Positions 33,286 through 34,343 of a DNA stretch of 34,343 nt are shown here, piece by piece (position 1 is the stretch's first letter; each line of letters opens with the position of its first letter). Location of the stretch: the UHGV virus genome UHGV-0071249. One strand, written 5' to 3'. The position numbers were made by a program, and so were the translations under genes. The DNA comes from a virus. The notes beneath the pieces were generated by a model. That model ran no database searches. It was given only the letters and a program-made list of their open reading frames with translations, and was not told the DNA's origin.

Positions 33286-34128
33286 TTAAACCAGTTCTTG
33301 TGTTATTACTGTTTCGAAGTAATGATTTACTACATCAGCTATACCAGTTTCAGTATTGTTACCTATTACTAAATCAGCACAGGCTTTTACTTCATCAACC
33401 GCGTTACCCATAGCAACACCCAAGCCAGCATTTTTCAACATGCTTAGATCGTTGTAATTATCACCAAAGGCTATTACCTGGCTCATAGATAAACCTTGTG
33501 ATTCTACCCATTGTGCCAGGCGTTTACCCTTACTGTTTCCGGCTTGTGCTATGTCTACTTGATCGTGCCAAGACCATTCGCAAGCAAGGCCAAGCTCACG
33601 CTCTACTATCTGACCAAAGCTATGTAGTTTTTCAGTATCAGAATCAGTAAGGGCGAATTTCCAGATAGCATCAACATTTTGCGATGCTTCACTAAGAGAG
33701 GGTACTTGTTTGAAGATTGGACGTTGTGACTCTGGAAGAGACTTAGCCCAATTTTCTGTACGGATAATATGCCCCGTTGGTTCTTGATAGAACATGACAT
33801 CATCGGCATACATCAGACTATGAACATTGTAACTATCAAGTAGGTTCACTAATTGAATAGCTTGTTCTGGTTGTAATGGGTCTGAGGCAATAACTCTTTT
33901 TTCGGCGTAATCGTACAATAAAGCACCATTACAACATATAGCTGGTGTATTAAGTTCTAATGCCTGATAAAAAGGATGGATGGCTACAAAGTGCCGTCCG
34001 GTAACTATGACAACCTTTGCCCCTGATTTACGGGCATTCTGTAGGGCAGATAGTGAGGCTGGTAAGATAGTTTTTTCTGGCGTCAATAAAGTGCCGTCCA
34101 GATCAAGGGCGATTACCTGATAGTTCAT
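33286..34128 (-). CDS. Host Cof-type HAD-superfamily (HAD-IIB) sugar/phosphate phosphatase
   Basis: MNYQVIALDLDGTLL (DxDGT motif I), VIVTGRH, and C-terminal GDNYNDLSMLKNAGLGVAMGNA (motif IV); AGGTGA ribosome-binding site before ATG 34128; more G+C-rich than the prophage. Confidence 0.8.
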   Translation of the reverse strand: MNYQVIALDLDGTLLTPEKTILPASLSALQNARKSGAKVVIVTGRHFVAIHPFYQALELNTPAICCNGALLYDYAEKRVIASDPLQPEQAIQLVNLLDSYNVHSLMYADDVMFYQEPTGHIIRTENWAKSLPESQRPIFKQVPSLSEASQNVDAIWKFALTDSDTEKLHSFGQIVERELGLACEWSWHDQVDIAQAGNSKGKRLAQWVESQGLSMSQVIAFGDNYNDLSMLKNAGLGVAMGNAVDEVKACADLVIGNNTETGIADVVNHYFETVITQELV

Positions 34129-34343
34129 GTAGTGATTCACCTGATTTTGGTATGTAGTTTCCTCGATAGTACACCGCTTTGCGGCTACGACGAAACAAGG
34201 TGAAGAGTCTTGTTGAGCACTGGAACAGCGTTGGATACTGGCGTATTGCCTTGGATGGGCGTAAATATTGTAATTAGCAATACACACTCAAATAGGTGCC
34301 ATTACAGCAAATAGCAGGTGTATCCAGCGCCAGCGCCTGATAA

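Noticed and set aside
33286-34287. Extended 333-aa form of the HAD hydrolase ORF
   Set aside because: The first 53 codons (MCIANYNIYAHPRQ...) lack the HAD fold; the conserved DxDGT motif follows directly after Met54, which has an AGGTGA ribosome-binding site, so the gene is called 33286-34128.

Overview
The window is almost entirely one integrated, AT-rich, lambda-like siphovirus prophage of about 33 kb, flanked by more G+C-rich host DNA on both sides. Left to right: a large serine recombinase (integrase); a short early region (ribbon-helix-helix protein, a degenerate-HNH/AP2 protein, one hypothetical) followed by about 600 bp of repeat-rich non-coding DNA; a roughly 5 kb accessory island (4.25-9.3 kb); then a single plus-strand late operon running from terminase to tail fibre; then a lysis/accessory tail with the lysozyme on the opposite strand; and a host Cof-type HAD hydrolase at the right edge. 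The accessory island is the most interesting part: it carries an Hcp (T6SS tube) gene with two small upstream partners, a 4-TM membrane protein, a DUF3800-like protein, a G+C-richer non-coding stretch, and one of two paralogous 2-TM membrane proteins (the other sits at the right prophage junction). Other points worth a second look are a fused protease-scaffold-capsid gene, a tail-tube paralogue carrying tail-fibre repeats, an unannotated -1 frameshift site in the tail chaperone genes, a hairpin that buries the terS ribosome-binding site, and the absence of any recognisable replication or cI/Cro-type module. All calls come from reading the sequence and the supplied ORF track; no database search was run, so family assignments rest on recalled motifs and gene order.
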